Source: Candidatus Acetothermia bacterium (GTDB taxonomy: Bacteria; Bipolaricaulota; Bipolaricaulia; M55B111). Taken from it: a stretch of DNA of 57,662 nucleotides. A program made the position numbers and the translations under genes. Shown here piece by piece: positions 48,359-56,465 of this stretch. The stretch covers positions 1 to 57,662 of the forward strand of contig JBKGZT010000001.1 in the NCBI GenBank assembly GCA_046543235.1, given 5' to 3'. Position 1 is the stretch's first letter; each line of letters starts with the position of its first letter. Under the pieces are notes generated by a model that saw only the letters and a program-made list of their open reading frames with translations, was not told the DNA's origin and searched no databases.

Positions 48359-49024
48359 TTATCCAACTACCCTGCGGTCAAGGTTGCTTTCTATTACCTT
48401 TATACCTTCCCCTTGTCTCCCAAGTTGATCGGTAAGGAACAAGACTGTCAATCCATACTCCGAGTTAATCCCGGCAATGATCTCCAGAATTTCATCTAGC
48501 TCATTTGAGTTTAATGAGGAAAAAGGGTCCTGGCAAATTAGGAGTTTTGGTTTGTTTAAGACGGAAAGAGCAAGTGCTACCTGTATCCTCTTTTCCGAAT
48601 CGAGTTCTTGAGCCCGCTTCTCTTCTTCCCCGGTTAACCGGGTTAGTTGTAGGACTTCCCGTAGCTTCTCTTCCTCTTCTCGTCGGGGTCCCGTTAATTT
48701 CAGCTTGAATTTCAGGGACTCCAGGACTGTCTTTCCCTCTGGAAGGGTGAAATCCCTGAGAAGAAAGCTAACCTCGTTCCGGAACATCCTCCGTCTTTTT
48801 TTACCGCTCAAGCGAACGACGTTTCTATCGGCGAGGACTATTTGACCGGAGTCCGGTGTAATCTCTCCGGTAAGTACGTGGAAAAGTACCTGGTACTGTC
48901 CCTCCGTTAATCCAGTTAGTTGAGCAACTTCGCCTTGACCGAGGTTGAAGCTGAGGTTCTCGAATATCACCTCGTCCTCTTCGTCGTAGATCGACAGTTC
49001 CGCTACCTGAACGACTTTAGACAT
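48359..49024 (-). CDS. FtsE-like ABC-ATPase-fold protein with all nucleotide-binding motifs degenerate
   Basis: Collinear with FtsE. Walker A is GLTEGQYQV (expected GxSGxGKST). Q-loop is LLRD. Signature is LDSEKR (expected LSGGQ/E). Walker B is LLICQDPF (expected LLLADEPT). H-loop is FLTDQ (expected ATHD). Confidence 0.75.
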   Translation of the reverse strand: MSKVVQVAELSIYDEEDEVIFENLSFNLGQGEVAQLTGLTEGQYQVLFHVLTGEITPDSGQIVLADRNVVRLSGKKRRRMFRNEVSFLLRDFTLPEGKTVLESLKFKLKLTGPRREEEEKLREVLQLTRLTGEEEKRAQELDSEKRIQVALALSVLNKPKLLICQDPFSSLNSNELDEILEIIAGINSEYGLTVLFLTDQLGRQGEGIKVIESNLDRRVVG

Positions 49025-49883
49025 TGTGATTCCCCTTTTCCCCGTAGATCACTCTGTCCTTACCCTGCGTATCCTTTCGGACGTTTACTTCTGAGAGGTC
49101 GTAGGAATTTGCCAGTTCTTTCACTTTGGGGCCTTGATCGTGGGCGATCTCCAGAAATACAGCCCCTCTCTCGGTAAGGTAACTCGGGGCCTTAGAAAGT
49201 ATCTTTTCTACTTCTCTTAGGCCGTCTCCCCCGCCGTCCAGGGCTTCCCGGGGTTCGTGATCCTTTACTTCTTCTTTTAGTTCGGCCAATTCGGAGCTGC
49301 TGATGTAAGGGGGGTTGGAGACTATCAGATCGAACCGGCCGCTTACTTCCGAAAACCAGTCGGATTCCCTGAACTCTACTTGACCACCCAGATCGTTTCT
49401 CCGCGCGTTTTCCCGCGCCAGCTTCAGAGCCTCCGGGCTTTTATCTACCCCAAGAACGTCCGGGCTGACCAGAAACCGGGCTAAGGCGATGGCAATTGCC
49501 CCCGACCCGGTGCCGAGATCGAGGACCTTTAACCCTTCGTACTTCCTAAAATCCGATAGAATTTCCTCCGTCATTTCCTCCGTCTCCGGCCGGGGTATAA
49601 GTGCTCTTTCGTCTATTTTTAAAGTTAGGCCCATAAAGGATACCTGGCCCGTCAGGTACTGGAGGGGACGACCGGATTTTCTTTTTTTAACCAGGGGCCT
49701 GTACTGATCCAGTTCCTCCTCGTCCAGCGGTCGATCCGGGTTTACGTAGAGGTTCAACCTATCGACGTCCAGGGTATGGGCCAGCAGCTGCTCCGCTTCC
49801 AGACGCGATTTCTCTATCCCGGCCTCCTTAAAATAGTCCCTGGTCCAGTCTAAGATCTCTTTAACCGTCCAGTCTTTTGACAG
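49017..49883 (-). CDS. prmC: Release factor glutamine N5-methyltransferase PrmC (HemK), probable non-canonical start
   Basis: SAM motif VLDLGTGSGAI and catalytic NPPY (IVSNPPYI). The conserved N-terminal helical domain (WTVKEILDWTRDYFKEAGIEKSRLEAEQLLAHTL) lies upstream of the tracked TTG start (49757). Between the upstream stop and that TTG there is no ATG, GTG or TTG codon. CTG at 49883-49881 sits 6 nt after AGGGGG. Confidence 0.75.
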   Translation of the reverse strand: MSKDWTVKEILDWTRDYFKEAGIEKSRLEAEQLLAHTLDVDRLNLYVNPDRPLDEEELDQYRPLVKKRKSGRPLQYLTGQVSFMGLTLKIDERALIPRPETEEMTEEILSDFRKYEGLKVLDLGTGSGAIAIALARFLVSPDVLGVDKSPEALKLARENARRNDLGGQVEFRESDWFSEVSGRFDLIVSNPPYISSSELAELKEEVKDHEPREALDGGGDGLREVEKILSKAPSYLTERGAVFLEIAHDQGPKVKELANSYDLSEVNVRKDTQGKDRVIYGEKGNHNV

Positions 49884-50091
49884 TATTATCCCCCTGTGTA
49901 GGTTTCACAAGTGGTTTCTAAAGCGAATTTAAGGATATCATAACATTGCAAAAAGGTCAAGTCAGCCCTAAACTTTCTTATCGTCCGTCCGGCTTATGTA
50001 GTGCCTGTCGTAGCTAGTTGCGTCTTGGAAAACACGGACGGTGAACTCTGTGGGATGGTTCCTATCTTTATATACTGGAAGTGGAGGGACA

Positions 50092-50595
50092 ATGAAGAAA
50101 AGGTTTATACTGCTGGCGTTGCTGATAGGTGGTCTGGCTTTATTCCTCTCGGGTTGCAGTATGTTTGATCAAGGGCCGGAGATCCAGAAGTGGCAGCCCG
50201 ATACTTCGCCGGACGGGGAGTCGATTGTATTCTCTTCAAAGGTCGGCGGCAACTTTCAACTATTTTGGATGGATAGGGAGAGCGGAGAACGGACTCAAAT
50301 AACCGACAACGAATACGACGACTGGGGGCCGGACTGGGGGCCGGAAGGAGAACGGATCGTCTTCGTGTCACAGAGGAACGATAACACGGACATTTATTCA
50401 GTTGACGTAGATGGGGATAACGAGAAGAGGCTAACGGAAGATTCTGGTCAGGACGTAAACCCGAGGTGGAACGGAACTACCGAGGTCGTCTTCAACTCGG
50501 ATCGTACCGATTCGTGGGAGATCTACGTTATCTCTATTGCCGATGGCGAGATCGAACAGTTAACCTCCTCCAGCGGTAACGAGGATAACGAATAG
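50092..50595 (+). CDS. Lipoprotein with PD40 (TolB-like beta-propeller) repeats
   Basis: Signal peptide with lipobox MKKRFILLALLIGGLALFLSGC. Repeats SPDGESIVFSS, WGPEGERIVFVS and RWNGTTEVVFNS. GGAGGG SD before ATG 50092. Confidence 0.75.
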   Translation: MKKRFILLALLIGGLALFLSGCSMFDQGPEIQKWQPDTSPDGESIVFSSKVGGNFQLFWMDRESGERTQITDNEYDDWGPDWGPEGERIVFVSQRNDNTDIYSVDVDGDNEKRLTEDSGQDVNPRWNGTTEVVFNSDRTDSWEIYVISIADGEIEQLTSSSGNEDNE

Positions 50596-50601
50596 GTCGA
50601 A

Positions 50602-51291
50602 ATGTTCAGGAACAAGACGGTTGGTGCAGTGATCCTCGCTGCTGGTAAGAGTGAAAGGATGAGTGGGGAGGTAAACAAAGTCTATCGGGAGGTGGGCGGT
50701 AAACCCGTACTGTTACATTCGATTGACGCGTTTGGGGGTTCCGGGTTTGTGGACGAGCTGGTGTTGGTTTACAACGAAGAGGACGAGGCCGATCTAGAGG
50801 AAAAGGTGGTCTCAAAGTTGGACCGTGGTCTGCCGTTAAAAGCGGTCACGGGCGGTGAAAAAAGGCAGGATTCTTCCCTGGCCGGATTGAATGAATTAAC
50901 TGCGGAATACGCCATCGTACATGACGGTGCCAGGCCGAACTTTTCTCTTGACCTGCTGGAGAGATTGCTTAAGGCCGCGAGCGAGAATAGGGCGGCGTTT
51001 CCCGGTATAAGGCCGGTGGATACGATCCGAAAAAAGAAAGGCGGTTTCGCAGGGCCCACCCTGGATAGGGACGAACTCGTTCGGGTACAGACGCCCCAGT
51101 GTTTCGAGAGAAGTCTGCTTCTCGAGGCACTGGAGGAATCCGTGAAGAGGAGAAATTACTACACCGACGACGGTGGGGCGGTAATGGATTACTGGGAACT
51201 TAACCCCAAAGTGGTCTCCGGTGAGAGGGAAAACGTCAAGCTGACCACGGAAAAAGACATGAGGTTTGCCGAACTATTGTTCTCTCGGTAG
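50602..51291 (+). CDS. ispD: 2-C-methyl-D-erythritol 4-phosphate cytidylyltransferase
   Basis: VGAVILAAGKSERM N-terminus, VHDGARP, VQTPQCF motifs. Confidence 0.92.
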   Translation: MFRNKTVGAVILAAGKSERMSGEVNKVYREVGGKPVLLHSIDAFGGSGFVDELVLVYNEEDEADLEEKVVSKLDRGLPLKAVTGGEKRQDSSLAGLNELTAEYAIVHDGARPNFSLDLLERLLKAASENRAAFPGIRPVDTIRKKKGGFAGPTLDRDELVRVQTPQCFERSLLLEALEESVKRRNYYTDDGGAVMDYWELNPKVVSGERENVKLTTEKDMRFAELLFSR

Positions 51292-51339
51292 CAATTCGTT
51301 TGCGAAGAATGGAAGAAGGTTATAATATTAGGAGGTAAG

Positions 51340-51564
51340 ATGATAGCGTTACTTATCCGAGTTATATTTTATATTAGCTCTGCGGGATTGATTGGCATCG
51401 TGCTGGTACAGATGAGCGAACACGCTGGGATAGGCGGCGCTTTTGGTGCCGGTGGTTCCAGTACTGTATTTGGCCGGGACGAACAAACCGATCCAAAAAG
51501 AACTGCCACGTCAGTTTTGGCGGCTACTTTTATGATTTCTAGTTTGCTATTGTCAATTATATAG
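51340..51564 (+). CDS. secG: Preprotein translocase subunit SecG
   Basis: 74 aa, two TM helices, central GGAFGAGGSSTVFG motif. Confidence 0.85.
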   Translation: MIALLIRVIFYISSAGLIGIVLVQMSEHAGIGGAFGAGGSSTVFGRDEQTDPKRTATSVLAATFMISSLLLSII

Positions 51565-51588
51565 GTCCTATTTTCCTCTGGAGGATTT

Positions 51589-52575
51589 ATGCCTTTAATT
51601 GAGCTGAACGACCTGAAGACCTATTTCTACACGGAAGACGGCGTGGTCAAGGCCGTCGACGGAGTCACCTTCGACATCGACAAACAACAGACGATGGGTG
51701 TCGTCGGCGAAAGCGGCTGCGGCAAGTCCGTAACCGCCCTGTCCATTATGGGGCTGGTTCCCATGCCCCCGGGAAAGATCGAAGGCGGGGAGATCATCTA
51801 CCATCGTAACGGAGGGTCGACCGACCTGACGAAACTGGACCCCAAGGGCAAGCAGATGCGGTCCATCCGGGGCAACGAGATAGCGATGATCTTCCAGGAA
51901 CCGATGACCTCCCTCAATCCCGTATTTACAATCGGTAACCAGATAATGGAGGCCATTACCCTCCACCAGGACGTGGGCAAGTCGGAAGCCAGATCGATAG
52001 CGATTCAGATGTTAGAAGAGGTAGGTATTCCCTTACCCGAACAGAGGGTCGACGAGTACCCGCACCAGCTCTCCGGCGGTATGAGACAGCGGGCGATGAT
52101 CGCCATGGCCCTTTCCTGTAACCCGACGATGTTAATAGCCGACGAGCCGACCACGGCTTTGGACGTGACCATCCAGGCCCAGATACTGGAACTGATGGGT
52201 GATCTGCAGGAGGAGTTCGATACCTCGATCATGTTCATCACCCACGACCTGGGTGTAATAGCGGAAATCACCGACTACGTCGTCGTCATGTACCTAGGCA
52301 AGATAGTCGAAAGCGGGAACGTAGGGGAGATATACCACAACCCGACCATGCCTTACACGCAGGGGTTGATGGAGTCTATCCCCTCTCTGGACGTCGACAA
52401 AGGTCGTCTGGAGCCGATAAAGGGGGTAGTCCCCGACCCCTACGAGGTACCCGAAGGCTGCCCCTTCAACAACAGGTGCCCGCACGCTATGGATATCTGC
52501 CGGGAGGAGGACCCCCCGCTGGTCGAAGTAGAAGATGGTCACGAGTCCTCCTGCTGGCTGCATATTGATCACTAA
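51589..52575 (+). CDS. Oligopeptide/dipeptide ABC transporter ATP-binding protein (OppD/DppD-like)
   Basis: Walker A GESGCGKSV, signature LSGGMRQR, Walker B LIADEPTTALD. C-terminal Cys motif CPFNNRCPHAMDIC. Confidence 0.9.
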   Translation: MPLIELNDLKTYFYTEDGVVKAVDGVTFDIDKQQTMGVVGESGCGKSVTALSIMGLVPMPPGKIEGGEIIYHRNGGSTDLTKLDPKGKQMRSIRGNEIAMIFQEPMTSLNPVFTIGNQIMEAITLHQDVGKSEARSIAIQMLEEVGIPLPEQRVDEYPHQLSGGMRQRAMIAMALSCNPTMLIADEPTTALDVTIQAQILELMGDLQEEFDTSIMFITHDLGVIAEITDYVVVMYLGKIVESGNVGEIYHNPTMPYTQGLMESIPSLDVDKGRLEPIKGVVPDPYEVPEGCPFNNRCPHAMDICREEDPPLVEVEDGHESSCWLHIDH

Positions 52576-52590
52576 CAGAGGTGAGTTTAA

Positions 52591-53649
52591 GTGGTAGAGA
52601 TGGAATCGCAGGATAGGTTGTTACAGGTTAGCGGGATGAAGAAGTACTTTCCCGTCCGCAAAGGCGTATTCAAACGGGTAGTCGGACACGTAAAGGCGGT
52701 AGACGACGTCGATCTGTTCATTCGTGAAGGTGAGACCCTGGGACTGGTCGGCGAAAGCGGCTGTGGCAAGACGACCGCCGGCAGGACAATACTGAGGTTG
52801 ATCGAGCCGACAGCCGGGGAGATGCTCTTCCGCAGCGAGGAGTTGGGCAACGGTTCCAGGAAGGTCGTCGACATCGCCGGTGCTTCCAAGGGCGAACTGA
52901 AGACCCTCCGCCGGGACATGCAGATAATCTTTCAGGATCCCTACTCCTCCCTCAACCCGAGGATGACTGTGGCCTCCATAGTTGGAGAGCCGCTGGTAGT
53001 TCACGGGATCGGCTCCAAGAAGGAAAGAAACGACCGGGTTAAAGAACTGCTGCGGGCAGTTGGACTGACCGAAAACCACATGAAGCGCTACCCACACGAG
53101 TTCTCCGGCGGCCAGAGACAGAGGATAGGTGTCGCGCGCGCACTGGCCCTCGACCCCCAACTGATCATAGCTGACGAACCCGTCTCCGCCCTGGACGTAT
53201 CGATTCAGGCTCAGGTTCTAAACCGGCTGGAGGACCTCCAGGAGGAGTTCGGGCTGACCTACCTATTTATCGCCCACGACCTTTCCGTAATAAAGCATAT
53301 AAGCGACCGGGTAGCGGTAATGTACCTCGGCCAGATAGTCGAGTTAAGCTCCGTGGAGAAGCTCTTCTCGGATCCGAAACACCCCTATACGGAAGCTCTG
53401 ATGTCGGCGGTACCGGTTGCCAACCCGGACTTCGAGTCAGAACGGATAGTCCTGGAAGGTGACGTACCTTCGCCGGTAGACCCGCCTTCGGGCTGTTACT
53501 TCCATCCGAGGTGCCCCTACAGCGAACCCGACTGCAGCGAATCCGAGCCGGAGTTTCGGGAGGTCGAGGACGACCACTACGTCCACTGCCATTACGCCGA
53601 GGACCTCAAACTGAAGGGCCTTGCTTCTATAGAAAGAGAAAGTGAGTAG
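52591..53649 (+). CDS. Oligopeptide/dipeptide ABC transporter ATP-binding protein (OppF/DppF-like)
   Basis: Walker [10 protein letters not shown], signature FSGGQRQR, Walker [13 protein letters not shown]-terminal [17 protein letters not shown] start with an AGAGGTGAG SD. Confidence 0.9.
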   Translation: MVEMESQDRLLQVSGMKKYFPVRKGVFKRVVGHVKAVDDVDLFIREGETLGLVGESGCGKTTAGRTILRLIEPTAGEMLFRSEELGNGSRKVVDIAGASKGELKTLRRDMQIIFQDPYSSLNPRMTVASIVGEPLVVHGIGSKKERNDRVKELLRAVGLTENHMKRYPHEFSGGQRQRIGVARALALDPQLIIADEPVSALDVSIQAQVLNRLEDLQEEFGLTYLFIAHDLSVIKHISDRVAVMYLGQIVELSSVEKLFSDPKHPYTEALMSAVPVANPDFESERIVLEGDVPSPVDPPSGCYFHPRCPYSEPDCSESEPEFREVEDDHYVHCHYAEDLKLKGLASIERESE

Positions 53650-54250
53650 GTTTCGACTCCTGCTGGGAACGAAGAACCCGGGGAAGGTGGAAGAGGCGAG
53701 CGAGATCCTTGCAGTGGTCGACGAGGAGCTGGAGCTGCTCTCCTATCGGGATATCGATTTCCCCGACGTGGAGGAAACGGGAGATACGTACGCCGCAAAC
53801 TCCCTTAAAAAGGCGAGGGTTATAAGTCAGGAAACCGGTTTACCCGTATTGAGTGACGATTCCGGTCTGGAAGTCTCGGCGCTCAACGGAGCTCCAGGGC
53901 CTCGGTCTGCGAGGTTTGCGGGGCCTGATGCGAGCGACGAGCAAAACCTGTCTCTGCTCTTGTGTAGACTTGAGGGGCTAAAGCAAAGAGATGCCAGGTT
54001 CGTCACGGTGGCAACTCTTTACGTCTCCTCTCAAGAAAGATATACGGCAAGGGGCGTGCTGGAAGGTAAAATAACTCGAAGCCCTGAGGGTGACTCGGGC
54101 TTCGGCTATGACCCGGTTTTTGTTCCCGAGGGCTCCGAGAAAACCCTTGCTCAGCTGGGAGAGGAGAAGAAAAACGAGATTAGCCATCGCAGACGGGCTT
54201 TAGAAAAGATAAAAGACGAATTAAAGGCAGTCCTCCGGAAGAGTAGCTGA
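53642..54250 (+). CDS. rdgB: Non-canonical purine NTP pyrophosphatase (RdgB/HAM1 family)
   Basis: [30 protein letters not shown] motifs. GTG start overlaps the oppF-like stop. Confidence 0.9.
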   Translation: MSRFRLLLGTKNPGKVEEASEILAVVDEELELLSYRDIDFPDVEETGDTYAANSLKKARVISQETGLPVLSDDSGLEVSALNGAPGPRSARFAGPDASDEQNLSLLLCRLEGLKQRDARFVTVATLYVSSQERYTARGVLEGKITRSPEGDSGFGYDPVFVPEGSEKTLAQLGEEKKNEISHRRRALEKIKDELKAVLRKSS

Positions 54251-54290
54251 AGGATCGAAGTCTCGCGGGGCGGCTCCCCACCGTAAGGGG

Positions 54291-54719
54291 TTGGTCAAGT
54301 TGACCCTGAAGCTCATAGTTCTATTTACGGCTATTCCGATAATAGAAATCTACCTTCTAGTTAAGGTGGGTACGGCCATTGGCGTAATTCCCACGGCGCT
54401 TGCGGTGGTCGGTACTGGGGTGCTTGGTGCCGTGTTGGCTCGCAAGGAAGGTGTTTCCGTTCTTCAACGAACCCGGAGGAAGTTCAGGGAGGGTAAGTTA
54501 CCGGCGGAGGAGCTAATTGACGGGATGATCCTTCTGGTTTCGGGGGCTTTCCTGCTTACTCCCGGAATTCTTACCGATTTCATCGGATTGATAGGGCTTG
54601 TTCCCTGGTTCAGAAGTAAGTTAATTGACTACGGAAGGAACTGGTTCCGGAAGGAGTGGAGCGCCAAGCAGAAGACCTACATAGACGTAAACGGTGACGT
54701 GGAGGACGACGAAATTTAG
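54291..54719 (+). CDS. fxsA: FxsA-family membrane protein
   Basis: IPIIEIYLLVKVGTAIGVIPTALAVVGTGVLGAVLARKEG is typical of UPF0716/FxsA. TTG start (54291 or 54300). Confidence 0.8.
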   Translation: MVKLTLKLIVLFTAIPIIEIYLLVKVGTAIGVIPTALAVVGTGVLGAVLARKEGVSVLQRTRRKFREGKLPAEELIDGMILLVSGAFLLTPGILTDFIGLIGLVPWFRSKLIDYGRNWFRKEWSAKQKTYIDVNGDVEDDEI

Positions 54720-56287
54720 CTTCCTTTTCCCTTTCCTATCAATAAACATTCCGCGACCTCCCTCAACCGCGAAGCCTCGCTAAGACAAAGAGACCGGGGA
54801 TTTATTGGAGGTCGGCGTAGCCCGAGGGTTTCCCTTTTCCCCCCTCGGCTCATTCGCCATTTTAGCCAGAAGAGTATGAGGAAGTAAGAGAGGAGGCCCG
54901 TCGAGGTTACGGCGGGAATCTCCAGACTGGTAAGTGGAACTTCCGATAACATCGTAATTACCCATTTGAATCCTCGGATAGCCGTCTTTTCGAGGTTAAT
55001 GATACCGGGGCCGATCAGCGGGAGGTTTCCCAGTGGAACCGACAAAAGCCCAAGGTAAAGTATACCGGTGGCCCACGGTATGGCGACCAGGTTGGTAAGA
55101 GGTGCCCAGGGATGAACCCGGTGAAAATGAGCGGCCAGTACCGGCCCCACGCCGAGCTGAGCCGCCAGCGATGCCGCCAGAATTCCGAACAAGTAGTGGG
55201 GCCTCTCGGGTAACCTTTCCCTGATCGGGTCGAAGTACAGCGCTATGGCAAACGTCGCTCCAAAACTCAGCTGATAACCGGCGGTTGTGACCCCTTGTGG
55301 GTCGTATAACGCAAGCAATAATCCCGCACTGGCGAGCGCCTGATAACGGTCGTACCAGTCGCTCAGGATGACCCCCTTTTTCTCCAGGTAAAAGTGTGCT
55401 CCGCCGAACAGGTAAATAACCGAAGCCCTGAGCAAAGGGAGTTTGAACCCGACAGTCAACAAGTACATAAATACCAGCGGAAGGCTGGATAAGTAGATTT
55501 TCCCCCTGTCCATTCCCAGCCAGTTCAGGATCGCCCAGGTTACGCCAAGTATTAGTCCGAGATGTAGGCCCGATGCCGCGAGCAGATGGGCCAGCCCGGT
55601 CTCGGTAAAGGCTCTCTCTACGTCCTCCGCAAGCAAGTCCCTCGCTCCAAAGATCAGGGCAACCAGGAATTCCCCCTGGTCCTCGTTTTGCTTCAGGATC
55701 TGCCGCGATATTCTCTTCCTTACCCACCAGCCCAGCTCCATGGCCGGGTTAGCGTATCCGGGTTGGGAGGATACGATCTCGGCATCGTAGATCACGGACC
55801 ATATATCCTTTTTTCGGAGGTATTCTCCGTAGTCGAAACCCCGGAAGGACTTTGGGGTACGAAAGTCCCCCGATATCGTTAGCCGGTCCCCGTAGTCGAT
55901 CTTCTTTCCAGTGTCTCCCTCGGAAAAAACTTTAATCCTTCCACGATAACCTTCCGGTTCCAGAACCAGTTCCGTCCCCTGTTTGCTGGTGACCGGGTAC
56001 GTCACTACCCTTCCGGTGGCCCGATTCAGGGCTTCGGGTGTAGTATCGACAGAGGCCGGTTGGAAGTAACTGGCTCCGTAAAGGGCTATCCCGAAAAAGG
56101 CAAGCCCGGTAAAGATTGCCGCCGTCTTTAACCGGTAACGGTCGAGAGAGGACGAAACGAAGACGATAATTGATGCGCCGATTCCTCCAAGCGACCAAGC
56201 CGGCACGGTGTGAACTTTCAGGAAGATCCCGAGCAGAATTCCCGAGACCAGGCCGAGAAAAACCAGTACCATCGGGCGCCTTTTCAT
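54716..56287 (-). CDS. comEC: ComEC/Rec2-family membrane protein (no C-terminal metallo-beta-lactamase domain)
   Basis: Polytopic, 523 aa. N-terminal OB-like region followed by competence domain motif GLAHLLAASGLHLGL. Its stop overlaps the fxsA stop (convergent, 4 nt). Confidence 0.8.
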   Translation of the reverse strand: MKRRPMVLVFLGLVSGILLGIFLKVHTVPAWSLGGIGASIIVFVSSSLDRYRLKTAAIFTGLAFFGIALYGASYFQPASVDTTPEALNRATGRVVTYPVTSKQGTELVLEPEGYRGRIKVFSEGDTGKKIDYGDRLTISGDFRTPKSFRGFDYGEYLRKKDIWSVIYDAEIVSSQPGYANPAMELGWWVRKRISRQILKQNEDQGEFLVALIFGARDLLAEDVERAFTETGLAHLLAASGLHLGLILGVTWAILNWLGMDRGKIYLSSLPLVFMYLLTVGFKLPLLRASVIYLFGGAHFYLEKKGVILSDWYDRYQALASAGLLLALYDPQGVTTAGYQLSFGATFAIALYFDPIRERLPERPHYLFGILAASLAAQLGVGPVLAAHFHRVHPWAPLTNLVAIPWATGILYLGLLSVPLGNLPLIGPGIINLEKTAIRGFKWVITMLSEVPLTSLEIPAVTSTGLLSYFLILFWLKWRMSRGGKRETLGLRRPPINPRSLCLSEASRLREVAECLLIGKGKGS

Positions 56288-56465
56288 CGTGTTAGACGTA
56301 ATAGGTTTTATGGCTTTTTTATTCTAGCCCAAATTAGCTTTGAAGCAAATTTCGTCTAGCTCGCTTGGGAGTAGAACCCCTTTGGATATCAAGAGCTTTA
56401 TCGCGAAGGTAACCTCCTGGGCTGGTTGTTAAGAAAAAGGGCTGAGGATAACATTAAGCCGGAGC

